A stretch of DNA of 64,000 bases from the sequence record SRR31156797_2598; one strand, written 5' to 3'. Positions 51,253 through 61,362 of the stretch are shown here, piece by piece. The translations under genes and the position numbers were made by a program. Position 1 is the stretch's first letter. Every line of letters starts with the position of its first letter. A model generated the notes under the pieces. The model was not told the origin of the DNA. It saw only the letters and a program-made list of their open reading frames with translations, and ran no database searches.

Positions 51253-52227
51253 TTATAGGAATTCATTTTCCAGCATAGAAAACTGTTTTTCAAATGGGGA
51301 ATAAAGATTTACCTGAATAAGTATTTCTTTCAGTATATCTATATTAGCTAACATATCTCTGAAGAAGATCATTTCTGATAGCCTTATAAATGCTTCTAAA
51401 CAATTGTTCTTAATATCTGGAACCATGGTTTCCAACACAGGTAAAAGATTATCTGAGTACATTTTTTTACCGATTCTTATCATCCTATCTATTGCTTTAG
51501 AGATGTAGAATTGTGCCCATGCCTTGTAATCTTTGATGATTGCCCTATGCCCAGGAAGAAAAAAAGTATCATTTAATTTAGATAGGTTTATAAGAGTATT
51601 GCAAAAGTAAGTATAATTTGAAAATCTTTTGTTTGTATTTTCAATATCTGCTTCCATAAGGGCTGTTGTAAATACTCCATTGATCATGATGTCGCCAGAA
51701 AACAGGAAATTACCATAAGAGTATATAATGTCACTTTGAGAGTGCCATCTGGAGTATTGGTATGATAAGCCTACGTACTCTAGAATATGGCTGGATTGCT
51801 CAAGAATTTCAAATTCCTCAGTAAAAATGACTTCTGGCGAATGCAAGGCAGCCATTTGTTTTGCTAAGTCTTTAGGGATACCATAATCCATACATATTTT
51901 TGTAATTCCCTTGTGCCTTTCTTCCGATCTATTAATAATATTTGCATCAGTTTGTGAGATGAAGACTTTTGCATTCGATTTGGACAATAAATGCTTAAGT
52001 GCTCCTGTATGGTCCATGTGGGTATGTGTCAAAAAGATCATTTCAAGTTTTGATAAGTCAAAGTGGCTATCAATATAGTCTTTCGTGTTCTGTGTTGGTG
52101 ATCCGCAGTCTATGAGACAAAATCCTTTTGGTGTATCAATAGAGTAAAAATGTACTTTCCCAACATTATAAGGAGTTGTGACAGTATGCTGCTTGATTTT
52201 TTTCGGTAATATTATGTTGTTATCCAT
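51253..52227 (-). CDS. MBL-fold metallo-hydrolase
   Basis: LIDCG, THTHMDHTG, FSGD and PGH motifs. Confidence 0.88.
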   Translation of the reverse strand: MDNNIILPKKIKQHTVTTPYNVGKVHFYSIDTPKGFCLIDCGSPTQNTKDYIDSHFDLSKLEMIFLTHTHMDHTGALKHLLSKSNAKVFISQTDANIINRSEERHKGITKICMDYGIPKDLAKQMAALHSPEVIFTEEFEILEQSSHILEYVGLSYQYSRWHSQSDIIYSYGNFLFSGDIMINGVFTTALMEADIENTNKRFSNYTYFCNTLINLSKLNDTFFLPGHRAIIKDYKAWAQFYISKAIDRMIRIGKKMYSDNLLPVLETMVPDIKNNCLEAFIRLSEMIFFRDMLANIDILKEILIQVNLYSPFEKQFSMLENEFL

Positions 52228-52237
52228 TTTTATATGC

Positions 52238-54199
52238 CTAGTGTAAACCTAATTTTTCTAATTTTTGATATAGTGTTTTTCTAGAAATACCCATTTCTTT
52301 AGCAACCATAGATTTATTTCCCTTGTATTGTATAAGGAGTCTTTTTATTTGTTCTTGTTCGTATTGGGAGTAGCTGATGAAGTCGTTAGTATTATTAATT
52401 ATCGTCTGCTGTTCATGCTTAATAGAATGAGAATGGTAGAGCTCGTTAGGCAGATCGTGTGCGGTTATTGTCTTTGATTCAACGATATTAACACATCTCT
52501 CTATTACATTTCTCATTTCTCTCAGGTTTCCAGGCCAGCTATAATTAGTAAAAGTATCCATGACTTCTTTGTCTATATCGATAACCTCTTTCTGGAAGTT
52601 ATTTGAAAATTGTTTTAAGAAATGTTTAACCAGTAACGGTATATCTTCTCTTCTGTTTCTTAAAGGAGGAAGCTCTATTTTTAAAACATTCAATCTGTAG
52701 TAGAGGTCACGCCTGAAAGTACCTGCTTCGATACATTCAAGTAAGTTTTTGTTTGTTGCAGCAATTATTTTGACATCCAGAGCTATTTGGACAGACCCGC
52801 CTATCCTTGTAACCATATGGTCTTCTAAAACTCTGAGTAAAACAGATTGCATATCAAGCGGCATTTCAGAAATTTCATCAAGGAAGAAAGTACCTCCCTC
52901 TGCAAGCTCGAATTTACCTGGAGCTCCATTTTTCCTGGCACCTGTGAATGCTCCTTCTGTATATCCAAAAAGCTCACTTCCGATAAGCTCTTTCGGTATT
53001 GCTGCACAATTCAAAGGGATGAATGGTTTCTTACTTCTGTCGCTGGCATTATGAATGGATTGAGCGAAGAGTTCTTTTCCTGTTCCGCTTTCTCCGGTGA
53101 TCAAGACAGTGCTCTGACTTTTGGCTGCAGCAATTGCAAATTTCTTAGCAGTATTAAAGGCATTTGATTCGCCTATGAGAATATCAAAAGAGTAATAAGC
53201 CTTTGAATTAGTAATAGTTTGGAATTTTTTTCTAACTTTTTCATAGCTATGCATAGTGATTACCATGCCGTATAGTTTTTTGTTTTTCTTTTTTATTGAT
53301 ACACAGTTGACTAGATACTCCCTTTCATGCTCAGGAAGATGTTCAAATACTATTCTTGTATTTTCTTTACTAGCTCCTGATTCTAGATATTGTTCTGCAA
53401 AAGCTAACTCAGGAAATTCTTGCGATAGCTTTTTGCCAGACACTTCGGCAAGGCTTTTATTAAAAATGTCATATAATCTACCATTCGCTTCAATTATGTA
53501 TCCTTCTATATTTATAATTATATAAATACCGCCGGCTTCTTTTGTTATTTCATTTAGGTAGCTATTTTTTATAAAAACATCAGGCAAATGCCTATAACAT
53601 GATATGAATAGAAATTGGTTAAGAGCATATTTGAATAATGTTTCAACATATTCGCTATACAAAGCCATAGGAGCAATTATTACTATTGGAGTTGTGCTGT
53701 AGAATGAGTTATCAATGGGAGGTACAGCCATTGTTATATAATCTGTCAGACATTCGCTGTAGTGTTCCTCTCCTTTTACTATTTCCAAATCACCTTTTTC
53801 TATCGCTAATGATATTGCAGTTGTTCCAAGAGATTTTTCAGAGAATAGTGTACCAAATCGGATGTTTTTTGCTTTAAGTTCGGCGAGAAGTTGTTTGTCA
53901 CCACCTTTGTTGAAAAGTTCTAAATCATTGTTTAGATAGAGTATTGCCGCCCCTGTTTTTTCAAGCAGTTCATGTGTGTTGGAATAGAGAGTTTCCATAT
54001 GTTTGAATCGATAGACTATTGCAGAGTTAATTTTATCTATAACGGTTTGCTTTTCAGATACATAAGGTGATTCTGCTGGGTTTACACCTGAGTATTTTGA
54101 TCTTCTCCATGATTCAACTATTTCTTTCCTTATATAGCTCCCTGGCTCTTGCCCATCATAGATGAATGATAAGCGGTACTCCTTTAATGTTTTGCTCAT
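52238..54199 (-). CDS. Sigma54-dependent activator, AcoR-like (GAF-PAS-AAA+-HTH)
   Basis: SWRRS, GTTAI, GESGTGKE, GAFTGA, WPGN.RE and GISRKTLY. Confidence 0.95.
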   Translation of the reverse strand: MSKTLKEYRLSFIYDGQEPGSYIRKEIVESWRRSKYSGVNPAESPYVSEKQTVIDKINSAIVYRFKHMETLYSNTHELLEKTGAAILYLNNDLELFNKGGDKQLLAELKAKNIRFGTLFSEKSLGTTAISLAIEKGDLEIVKGEEHYSECLTDYITMAVPPIDNSFYSTTPIVIIAPMALYSEYVETLFKYALNQFLFISCYRHLPDVFIKNSYLNEITKEAGGIYIIINIEGYIIEANGRLYDIFNKSLAEVSGKKLSQEFPELAFAEQYLESGASKENTRIVFEHLPEHEREYLVNCVSIKKKNKKLYGMVITMHSYEKVRKKFQTITNSKAYYSFDILIGESNAFNTAKKFAIAAAKSQSTVLITGESGTGKELFAQSIHNASDRSKKPFIPLNCAAIPKELIGSELFGYTEGAFTGARKNGAPGKFELAEGGTFFLDEISEMPLDMQSVLLRVLEDHMVTRIGGSVQIALDVKIIAATNKNLLECIEAGTFRRDLYYRLNVLKIELPPLRNRREDIPLLVKHFLKQFSNNFQKEVIDIDKEVMDTFTNYSWPGNLREMRNVIERCVNIVESKTITAHDLPNELYHSHSIKHEQQTIINNTNDFISYSQYEQEQIKRLLIQYKGNKSMVAKEMGISRKTLYQKLEKLGLH

Positions 54200-54351
54200 G
54201 TTCCCTACCTCTTACATAAAGATACGCATGTTTCTTTTTGTTTCCAGATGATACCACTACTGCACAAAAGGTAACACAATTGTTTCTGGGACAGAATCAA
54301 TTGATTGTAAACTCTTTTTGATATCAGTGCTTTGACTGATTAATACTATAA

Positions 54352-54367
54352 TGGCATCACTGTTGCA
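54352..54367 (+). promoter_or_regulatory. Sigma54 promoter of the cai/fix-like operon
   Basis: TGGCAT-CACTG-TTGCA with GG-N10-GC spacing. Confidence 0.85.
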
Positions 54368-54389
54368 ATATATCCTACAGGAGGACAAT

Positions 54390-55637
54390 ATGAGTAATAA
54401 TCAAGATTCTGGTATTCATTATGGTCTTATGGTTGTTGCAGCATGCTGTGCAGTTTGCGGTGCACCTGTTGCTATGACATTTAGTTGTGCAGGTATCTTC
54501 TATTCTCCTGTATCAACTGCTCTGGGTGTGGGGCGTGGTACATTTGGATTGTATATGACAATTTTATGTCTTGCAATGACTTTTACACTGCCGATCGCAG
54601 GTAAGATCTTTGCCGAAAGAAGTGTTAAGGTGGTTACTACAACATGCGTAGCTCTTATTGCACTGTCATTCTTGGGTATGTCGAGAGCAACGTCAGTTTA
54701 TCATTTCTATATAGCTGGAGGCTTTTTAGGTATTGCCAACGCTTTCCTGCTTTATCTTATGACACCAATACTTATCAATGCATGGTTTAAAGCTCGTAAA
54801 GGTTTTTTTATAGGTTTATGCATGTCATTTACTGGTGTCGGAGGGATAATTTTTAACCCTATCGGCGGATATTTGATTCAAAACTATAGCTGGAGAACCG
54901 GGTATTTTGCATTTTGTATTTTAAGCATTGTTATCGCATTACCCTTTACTCTCTTTATTGTGAAAAGGTCACCTGCAGAAAAAGGGCTCAGGCCTTATGG
55001 TGATGACGGAAGCAGTGCAGGTGTGGCTGCAAGTGAAGATACTAAAGGTCTTACTGCTAAAGAAGCTCTTGGGACAGTAACATTTTATATCGTACTATTG
55101 TTTGCAGGTCTTCTTGGAATCGTATCATGTGTAAATTTCTACCTTCCTTCATATGCAAATTCACTTGGTATGGCAACAACTATTGGTGCCGCAGTGGCTT
55201 CAGCAAGTATGTTTGGAAATATCATAGGCAAAATTGTTCTCGGATATATTAATGATAAAACCATTAGTGGATCAATTATCTTTAGCGCATCTTGCGGTAT
55301 TGTAGGTCTGCTTGTCCTTCTTACTCTCAAAGGAGGAGGAGTTTTTGTCTTCATGCTTGGCGGCTTCCTTTACGGTGTGTTCTATGCTGCCACAGTGACT
55401 ATCCCTCCAATGCTTACAAGAGAAACATTCGGATCTAAACAATATGGTCAAATATATTCAAATATTATGATGGTTTCAGCACTTTCGTCAGCTGCTGGTG
55501 CATCACTTTGGGGCTTTATTTCTGATGCGTCAGGTGGCTCATTTGTGGTCAGTTTTACAGTTGCAATATGTATGTGTATCGGCGTGATAATAATTGGCAT
55601 TACAGCATTAATGACTGGAAAGAAATTAGTGAAGTAA
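54390..55637 (+). CDS. MFS transporter (12 TM, monocarboxylate/OFA-like)
   Basis: AGGAGG SD before ATG 54390; WF...KG...G, SWR..Y and FG...YG.I motifs. Confidence 0.88.
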   Translation: MSNNQDSGIHYGLMVVAACCAVCGAPVAMTFSCAGIFYSPVSTALGVGRGTFGLYMTILCLAMTFTLPIAGKIFAERSVKVVTTTCVALIALSFLGMSRATSVYHFYIAGGFLGIANAFLLYLMTPILINAWFKARKGFFIGLCMSFTGVGGIIFNPIGGYLIQNYSWRTGYFAFCILSIVIALPFTLFIVKRSPAEKGLRPYGDDGSSAGVAASEDTKGLTAKEALGTVTFYIVLLFAGLLGIVSCVNFYLPSYANSLGMATTIGAAVASASMFGNIIGKIVLGYINDKTISGSIIFSASCGIVGLLVLLTLKGGGVFVFMLGGFLYGVFYAATVTIPPMLTRETFGSKQYGQIYSNIMMVSALSSAAGASLWGFISDASGGSFVVSFTVAICMCIGVIIIGITALMTGKKLVK

Positions 55638-55692
55638 GGGGGGGGGAGTCCCCCACTTACTTAAATCAAAATAAAGTAGTTCAGGAGGAAAA

Positions 55693-56844
55693 ATGGATTT
55701 TAAATTAACAGAAGAGCAGGAACTTCTTATCGAAAGCCTTGATGAGTTTATTACAAGAGAGGTTACCGAAGAAGATGTTAAGTCTTGGTATAAGAATCCC
55801 AAGAGTGCATGTGAATTCAATAAAGCTTATGTTGAATCAGGATTCGGAATGATCGGTATCCCTGAGGAATATGGTGGTACTCCTGCAGATATGACTACAA
55901 GAATACTTGTAGCCTATAATCTTATCAAAAAAACAGGTGCTTTTATTCCATTTACATCAGGCGTACTCACTCTTTTTGATATGTTTGAGTTTGGAACAAA
56001 AGAGCAGATTGATCTTGCTCTGAAGATATATCAGGAACAAGGTGTCAGCCCATTTGCTCTTGCTATTTCTGAGCCTGTTGCTGGTTCAGACAACAGCTCT
56101 ATGGTTACAGTAGCCAAAACTGTTGGAGATAAAGTAGTTATCAATGGAACAAAGACATTTGTTTCAGGTGCACTTGAGTATCCTTACGTACTTGTAGTTG
56201 CTAAAGACGAAGTATCAGACAGAGAAAACAAAAATATGTCAATGTGGCTGCTACCAGCTGATACACCAGGTATTAAATTTAACTCGTTCCATAAAGTTGG
56301 TCAGCATTGCCATAGTTTCTGTGAGATATATCTTGAAGATGTGACTGTTGATATGAGCCATCTTGTTGGTATCAGGGGTAAAGGTTTCCTTCAGCTTATG
56401 GAAAACTTCGAAGTTGAAAGGCTTGTTGTTGCGGCACAGTCTGTCGGACTTGCTGAGGCTGCCCTTGTAGATGCTGCAAAATATGCTGAGCAGCGAGTTC
56501 AGTTTGGTCAGCCTCTGTACAAATTTCAACTTATAGCAGAGCACCTTACTGATATGGAAATAAAAGTTAGGAATATGATTAATTATCTGTTCTATTGTGC
56601 CTGGAAAGTAGATAGTGGCCTTCCTTTGAGGTTAGATTCTGCTACTCTTAAAAGGTATACTTCAAAGACAGCATTCGAAGTTGCAGATTCAGCAATGCAG
56701 GTGATGGGTGCAATTGGTTACACTGACGACTGTAGAATTTCAAGAATTTGGCAAGATTTAAGAGGTCAAAGATTTGCAGGCGGAACAGATGAGATTATGG
56801 TTCACATTTCTGGACGAGAAATAATTAAAAAATACTCTAAATAG
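55693..56844 (+). CDS. caiA: Acyl-CoA dehydrogenase/reductase, CaiA/YdiO-like
   Basis: MDFKLTEEQEL, ISEP.AGSD, NFEVERL, RVQFG and GGTDEIM motifs. Confidence 0.8.
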   Translation: MDFKLTEEQELLIESLDEFITREVTEEDVKSWYKNPKSACEFNKAYVESGFGMIGIPEEYGGTPADMTTRILVAYNLIKKTGAFIPFTSGVLTLFDMFEFGTKEQIDLALKIYQEQGVSPFALAISEPVAGSDNSSMVTVAKTVGDKVVINGTKTFVSGALEYPYVLVVAKDEVSDRENKNMSMWLLPADTPGIKFNSFHKVGQHCHSFCEIYLEDVTVDMSHLVGIRGKGFLQLMENFEVERLVVAAQSVGLAEAALVDAAKYAEQRVQFGQPLYKFQLIAEHLTDMEIKVRNMINYLFYCAWKVDSGLPLRLDSATLKRYTSKTAFEVADSAMQVMGAIGYTDDCRISRIWQDLRGQRFAGGTDEIMVHISGREIIKKYSK

Positions 56845-56856
56845 AGGAGGATCCTC

Positions 56857-58089
56857 ATGTTAGAAAACAAAAATATGCCTAAATTCGGGCCACTACAAGG
56901 TGTTAAGGTTCTTCATGCTTCAGCTTCACTTGCAGGGCCTTATGCTGCTCAGCTGATGGCTGATTTCGGTGCTGATGTTACATGGATTGAGAATACAGAT
57001 ATCCCTGATATTTCAAGATACGGAACAGCTCTTGTTGTTTCTCATGAGAGAAGAAACCAGAGAAACATTTCTATAAACCTTGCTAAAGGAGAAGGTAAAG
57101 ATGTGTTTCTTGAAATGCTCAAAGATGTGGATATATTTATAGAGACATCTAAGGCTGGGCAATATACAAAATGGGGCCTCACTGATGAAGTGATGTGGGG
57201 AGTGAACCCTAAGCTAGTCATTCTCCACATTTCTGGTTTCGGACAGGACGGTCTGCCTGAATATACCAACCGTCCATCTTTCGACCCTATTGCTCAGGCT
57301 TTTAGCGGTTTCATGAACGTAAATGGTTTCGAAGATCGTCCACCGGTAACAGTAGTACCGTTTATAGCTGACTGTATGACAGGTCTTTATGGTGTATTCT
57401 CTATACTCGCAGCCCTGCACAGGGCAAAAAACACAGGCGAGGGAGAGAGTATCGACCTTGCTCAATATGAAATAATGGTTAGATCTCAGGTGTATATGGC
57501 AGACTACAGAACAAATGGTATTACATATAAAAGAGAAGGAAGTAAATCTGCTGCTTATGCCGGCTGGGGAACATATGAGTGTAAAGACGGTAATAATGTT
57601 TTTGCTGTTATCATTGGCGGAGGTGTAATTAAACGCGCTGCTGAGTTCTTCGGATTTGAATACGGAACAGAGATTATTCCTAAAGGTTGCAGTATCACTA
57701 TTGCAGGAACTCCGGCAGGTATTCTTCTTGAAGAAAAACTTGCAGCATATTTTTCAAGCAGGACAGCATTTGAAGCAGAAGCGGAGTGTGTCGCACAAGG
57801 TCTGCCAGTTTCCAAAATAAATACCTACGAAGATATTGTAAACAATCCTCATGTTAAGGCTCGTGGTATTTTTGCTGATTGGGAAGATTTTAAAGGCAAA
57901 ACTATCAAAGGTGTAGGAGCTGTGCCAAAAATGAAAAATAATCCCGGCCGTGTATGGAGACCGGCTCCAGAGCAGGGGATGGATAATGAAGAAATTCTGG
58001 CAGAAATTGGCTTAACTGAAGAGCAGATAAGTGAACTTTATGAGAAAGGTATTATTAAAAAGAGCGAACTTGATCTAAATAGACAGTAA
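56857..58089 (+). CDS. caiB: Class III CoA-transferase, CaiB-like
   Basis: MPKFGPL.G..V, AGP, WIE, RRN, ISGFGQ and GESID.A.YE motifs. Confidence 0.85.
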   Translation: MLENKNMPKFGPLQGVKVLHASASLAGPYAAQLMADFGADVTWIENTDIPDISRYGTALVVSHERRNQRNISINLAKGEGKDVFLEMLKDVDIFIETSKAGQYTKWGLTDEVMWGVNPKLVILHISGFGQDGLPEYTNRPSFDPIAQAFSGFMNVNGFEDRPPVTVVPFIADCMTGLYGVFSILAALHRAKNTGEGESIDLAQYEIMVRSQVYMADYRTNGITYKREGSKSAAYAGWGTYECKDGNNVFAVIIGGGVIKRAAEFFGFEYGTEIIPKGCSITIAGTPAGILLEEKLAAYFSSRTAFEAEAECVAQGLPVSKINTYEDIVNNPHVKARGIFADWEDFKGKTIKGVGAVPKMKNNPGRVWRPAPEQGMDNEEILAEIGLTEEQISELYEKGIIKKSELDLNRQ

Positions 58090-58104
58090 GAGGTATGTGC
58101 TACT

Positions 58105-59640
58105 ATGTTTGCTGAAGGATATTTACAAAATATTTTGGATTTTTGGGCAAAAAATAAGCCTGATGGGATAGCTTGTATAGATGAATCCGGTCAGCATACT
58201 TACTCAGAGGTAGCGAATGCATCTAATGCAATCGCTACCTCGATACTGGAAAGTGGAGTAGGTAAAGGAGGCAAAGTTGTCGTATTGATCCAAAATAATT
58301 GGATAAACATTTCCATATTTTTTGCACTTTTAAAAATTGGAGCTGTTTATACTCCTTGCAATAGCAAACTCAGCCAAAGTGAAATAGTTGATCGGGCTAA
58401 TTTGATTGAGCCTGATTTGGTTATTACAGATAATCAGGAATCAATAGATTATATCCGTGACCATTATGACACTGAGATTATAACCCACAAGTTTTCTTGC
58501 TCAGGTTACCGGAGCATTGAAGAAATTATTAATAGATCAAAGGTAGCTTCTGTTGAAATGGCTGATATCGATTTTTACGAAGATATGTCTGCTCTGTTTT
58601 TTTCTTCCGGCTCAACTTCTGTAGGTAGAGGAGTGATGCTCACATACTATTGTATTGCTAAAGCTGCGTTATCCTTAGGGCAGAAGTTGAATATGAATGA
58701 ACAGGATAGGATATTTGTTCCTCTTCCTGTAGCACACTTATTCAACCTTGTGCCAGGTGTAATTATGCCTGTTTTATATGGTGCTACATCGGTGCTTATA
58801 GAGCGTTTTTGTGCTTCGGATGCACTTAACTTTATAGAAAAAAGTGAGGCTACAGGAATACTCGGTGTGCCTACAATGTATGTAAGACTGATTAATGAGC
58901 AGCAAGAAAATCCAAGAGATATTTCAAAGTTATCAAAAGGTCTTATTGCTGGTGCTGCCTGTTTTGAATCACTCATAAGGCAAATAGAAGACATTTTCGA
59001 TTGTAAAATTAATGCTGCGTACGGTTCAACAGAAACAATAAATGTCTCGTCTGTTTGTATGGATGATCAGAGCAATAAAAGATATTCAACCGTTGGTAAG
59101 ATCAATGACTACTTGGATCTGAAGCTAATCTATGAAGATGGAACAGAGGCAGAATGTTTAGACATAGGAGAAATATTGTGTCGTGGCTGTATCATGAAAG
59201 GCTATTACAAGATGTCGGATGAGACTAATAAAGCTATTGATGATGATGGCTGGTTTCACACAGGAGACCTAGGGATGATCGACAGTGATGGGTATCTCAA
59301 AATAGTGGGTCGTAAATCAAATCTAATCATTAGAGGCGGCTATAACATAATGCCGGCGGAACTCGAAAAAGAATTTCTGGAACACCCATCAGTTCGGGAA
59401 GTTTGTGTTTTTGGCCAATCTCATGAAGAGCTTGGTGAAGAGATATTTGTGATCATAGCTCTCATATATCAAGGAACAGAATCAGAAGAATCATTAAAGA
59501 GTTATATTAGCGATAAAGTTGCAAAATATAAAAGACCAGATCGCATTATTCTTCTTAATGATCTACCTAAGCTAGAGAACGGCAAGTTCGACTTATGTAA
59601 TATGAGAGAATTAATTAGAAAAAACAGTAAGGAGAAATGA
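58105..59640 (+). CDS. AMP-dependent acyl-CoA ligase (CaiC position)
   Basis: SSGSTS..RG, YGSTE, WFHTGDLG, GRK...IIRGGYN and GK motifs. Confidence 0.88.
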   Translation: MFAEGYLQNILDFWAKNKPDGIACIDESGQHTYSEVANASNAIATSILESGVGKGGKVVVLIQNNWINISIFFALLKIGAVYTPCNSKLSQSEIVDRANLIEPDLVITDNQESIDYIRDHYDTEIITHKFSCSGYRSIEEIINRSKVASVEMADIDFYEDMSALFFSSGSTSVGRGVMLTYYCIAKAALSLGQKLNMNEQDRIFVPLPVAHLFNLVPGVIMPVLYGATSVLIERFCASDALNFIEKSEATGILGVPTMYVRLINEQQENPRDISKLSKGLIAGAACFESLIRQIEDIFDCKINAAYGSTETINVSSVCMDDQSNKRYSTVGKINDYLDLKLIYEDGTEAECLDIGEILCRGCIMKGYYKMSDETNKAIDDDGWFHTGDLGMIDSDGYLKIVGRKSNLIIRGGYNIMPAELEKEFLEHPSVREVCVFGQSHEELGEEIFVIIALIYQGTESEESLKSYISDKVAKYKRPDRIILLNDLPKLENGKFDLCNMRELIRKNSKEK

Positions 59641-60401
59641 TGAATACAATCGTTTGTTATAAAGTAGTTTATGAAGAGCAGGATATTGTTGTCAACGATG
59701 ACTCAAGCCTCTCTTTTGATAGAGCTGAGCTTAAACTCAGTCTTTACGATTTAAATGCCGTTGAAGCAGCAGTATGCCTTTCTGAGGAAACAGATGGAAA
59801 GACTGTTGCCATGACTATTGGTGATAGCAAGGTAGATAATAGTAAAATGAAAAAAGCTATCCTTTCCAGAGGTCCTCAGGAACTTTGCATAGTACCTGAG
59901 GAAACGTTTGGAACAGCTGATACAAGCCAGACAGCAAAGGTTCTTGCCGCTTCTGTCGCAAAGTTAGAATACGATGTGATTTTCTGTGGGGAAGGCTCTG
60001 CTGATAATTATGCACAGCAAACAGGGATTCAGCTTGGTGAACTGCTTGGTCTCCCTGTTGTTAACAGTGTCAGCAAAGTTACAGTTGATGGAGATAAGCT
60101 CATTGTTGAAAGAACTCTTGAATCTTCCGTAGAAGTTATTGAAGTCCCTACTCCAGCTGTGATTTGCGTTACCAGTGATATTAATAAGACTCGTTTGCCA
60201 AATATGAAGGACATTCTGGCCGCAGGTAAAAAGCCTGTGACAACCCTGTCTGTTGCTGATCTTGGAATCGATATGCCAGAGAAAACTCTAGATATCATAA
60301 GCGTTGTTGCTCCTACTCAGAAAGAGCGCAAGTGTCAGATCTTCGAAGGTGAAGATAAAGTCACAGAATTCTACGATTCAATCAGCAAAGAGATTAAATA
60401 G
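59637..60401 (+). CDS. fixA: Electron transfer flavoprotein beta subunit, FixA
   Basis: CYK.V, YDLNAVEAA, GEGSAD.YAQQ and R.P.MK.ILAAGKKP motifs. Confidence 0.9.
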   Translation: MMNTIVCYKVVYEEQDIVVNDDSSLSFDRAELKLSLYDLNAVEAAVCLSEETDGKTVAMTIGDSKVDNSKMKKAILSRGPQELCIVPEETFGTADTSQTAKVLAASVAKLEYDVIFCGEGSADNYAQQTGIQLGELLGLPVVNSVSKVTVDGDKLIVERTLESSVEVIEVPTPAVICVTSDINKTRLPNMKDILAAGKKPVTTLSVADLGIDMPEKTLDIISVVAPTQKERKCQIFEGEDKVTEFYDSISKEIK

Positions 60402-60410
60402 GAGAGAAAT

Positions 60411-61325
60411 ATGAAAACACTTATTTTCAGTAATAATATAAATCAGTACGCAGAACTTAGTGCCGGAGCGAAATCTCTCGATTCTGAAGTGATTGCATAT
60501 GTTGTCGGTTCTGTAGAACTGGCAGATCAAATAGCCTCATTTACAGACAAAGTTTTTTTTACTCCTTCAGAGGATAGAATGGTAGAGGAGTTTACTAACA
60601 CTCTGAAGAGTGTAGTAGAAAGTGAAAACCCTGAGCTTATCCTTATGAGTCCTGATAAGTCATCTAAGTTTATGGCTGCAAGCCTCGCGGCAAAGCTGGG
60701 TACATCAGTTATTACAGATGCTATGTCTATCGAGACGGACGGCAGCGCTGTCAAATGTCAGCAGCTTTACTACGGCGGTACAGCGGTTAAAACTGTGAAA
60801 AGTCTCAGCCAGGCGATAGTTATTGTGGGAGCAGGAACATATGATCCTGTTCAGGCCGGAGCAAAAGGCTCTGTTGAAAGTGTTGATATGGTTGAGTCTG
60901 GTTTTAAAATCGTAAGAAGAGAGATTCGCAAAAAGGAGGGTGAAATAGTCAATCTTGCGGCTGCTAAAAAGGTCGTTGGTGTTGGACGTGGTTTTGCATC
61001 AAAAGATGACATCGGCATGGCTGAAACTCTTGCTAAGGCAATTGGAGCTGAAGTCGGCTGTACAAGACCTATTGCAGAAGGCGAAGGCTGGATGGCAACT
61101 GCCAGATACATCGGTGTCTCAGGTGTAGTTCTTAAACCTGATGTTTATATTGCTGTTGGTCTTTCCGGACAGATCCAACACACTATTGGTGTTAGCTCAG
61201 CGAAGACTATTGTTGCTATCAACAAAGATAAAAACGCCCCAATTTTTAAAAATTGTGACTATGGCATTGTCGGCGATCTTTATAAGGTTTTGCCTGCAAT
61301 CATAGATATGGTTAAGGCGGGTTAG
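60411..61325 (+). CDS. fixB: Electron transfer flavoprotein alpha subunit, FixB
   Basis: VGRG, GCTRP, YIGVSG, GLSGQIQH and AINKD..APIF motifs. Confidence 0.9.
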   Translation: MKTLIFSNNINQYAELSAGAKSLDSEVIAYVVGSVELADQIASFTDKVFFTPSEDRMVEEFTNTLKSVVESENPELILMSPDKSSKFMAASLAAKLGTSVITDAMSIETDGSAVKCQQLYYGGTAVKTVKSLSQAIVIVGAGTYDPVQAGAKGSVESVDMVESGFKIVRREIRKKEGEIVNLAAAKKVVGVGRGFASKDDIGMAETLAKAIGAEVGCTRPIAEGEGWMATARYIGVSGVVLKPDVYIAVGLSGQIQHTIGVSSAKTIVAINKDKNAPIFKNCDYGIVGDLYKVLPAIIDMVKAG

Positions 61326-61362
61326 TCCTGCTGCGTTTTAAATTTATAGGTGGGATTTTATC

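Noticed and set aside
54351-54389. Upstream starts chosen by the ORF track (also 682, 13551, 15593, 18216, 38825, 49925)
   Set aside because: They overlap promoters, terminators or upstream genes; downstream starts have better SD or signal-peptide context.
55632-55662. G9 homopolymer as a phase-variation tract
   Set aside because: Intergenic, and it forms one arm of a hairpin (AAGTAAGGGGG...CCCCCACTTACTT), so more likely an mRNA stem-loop.
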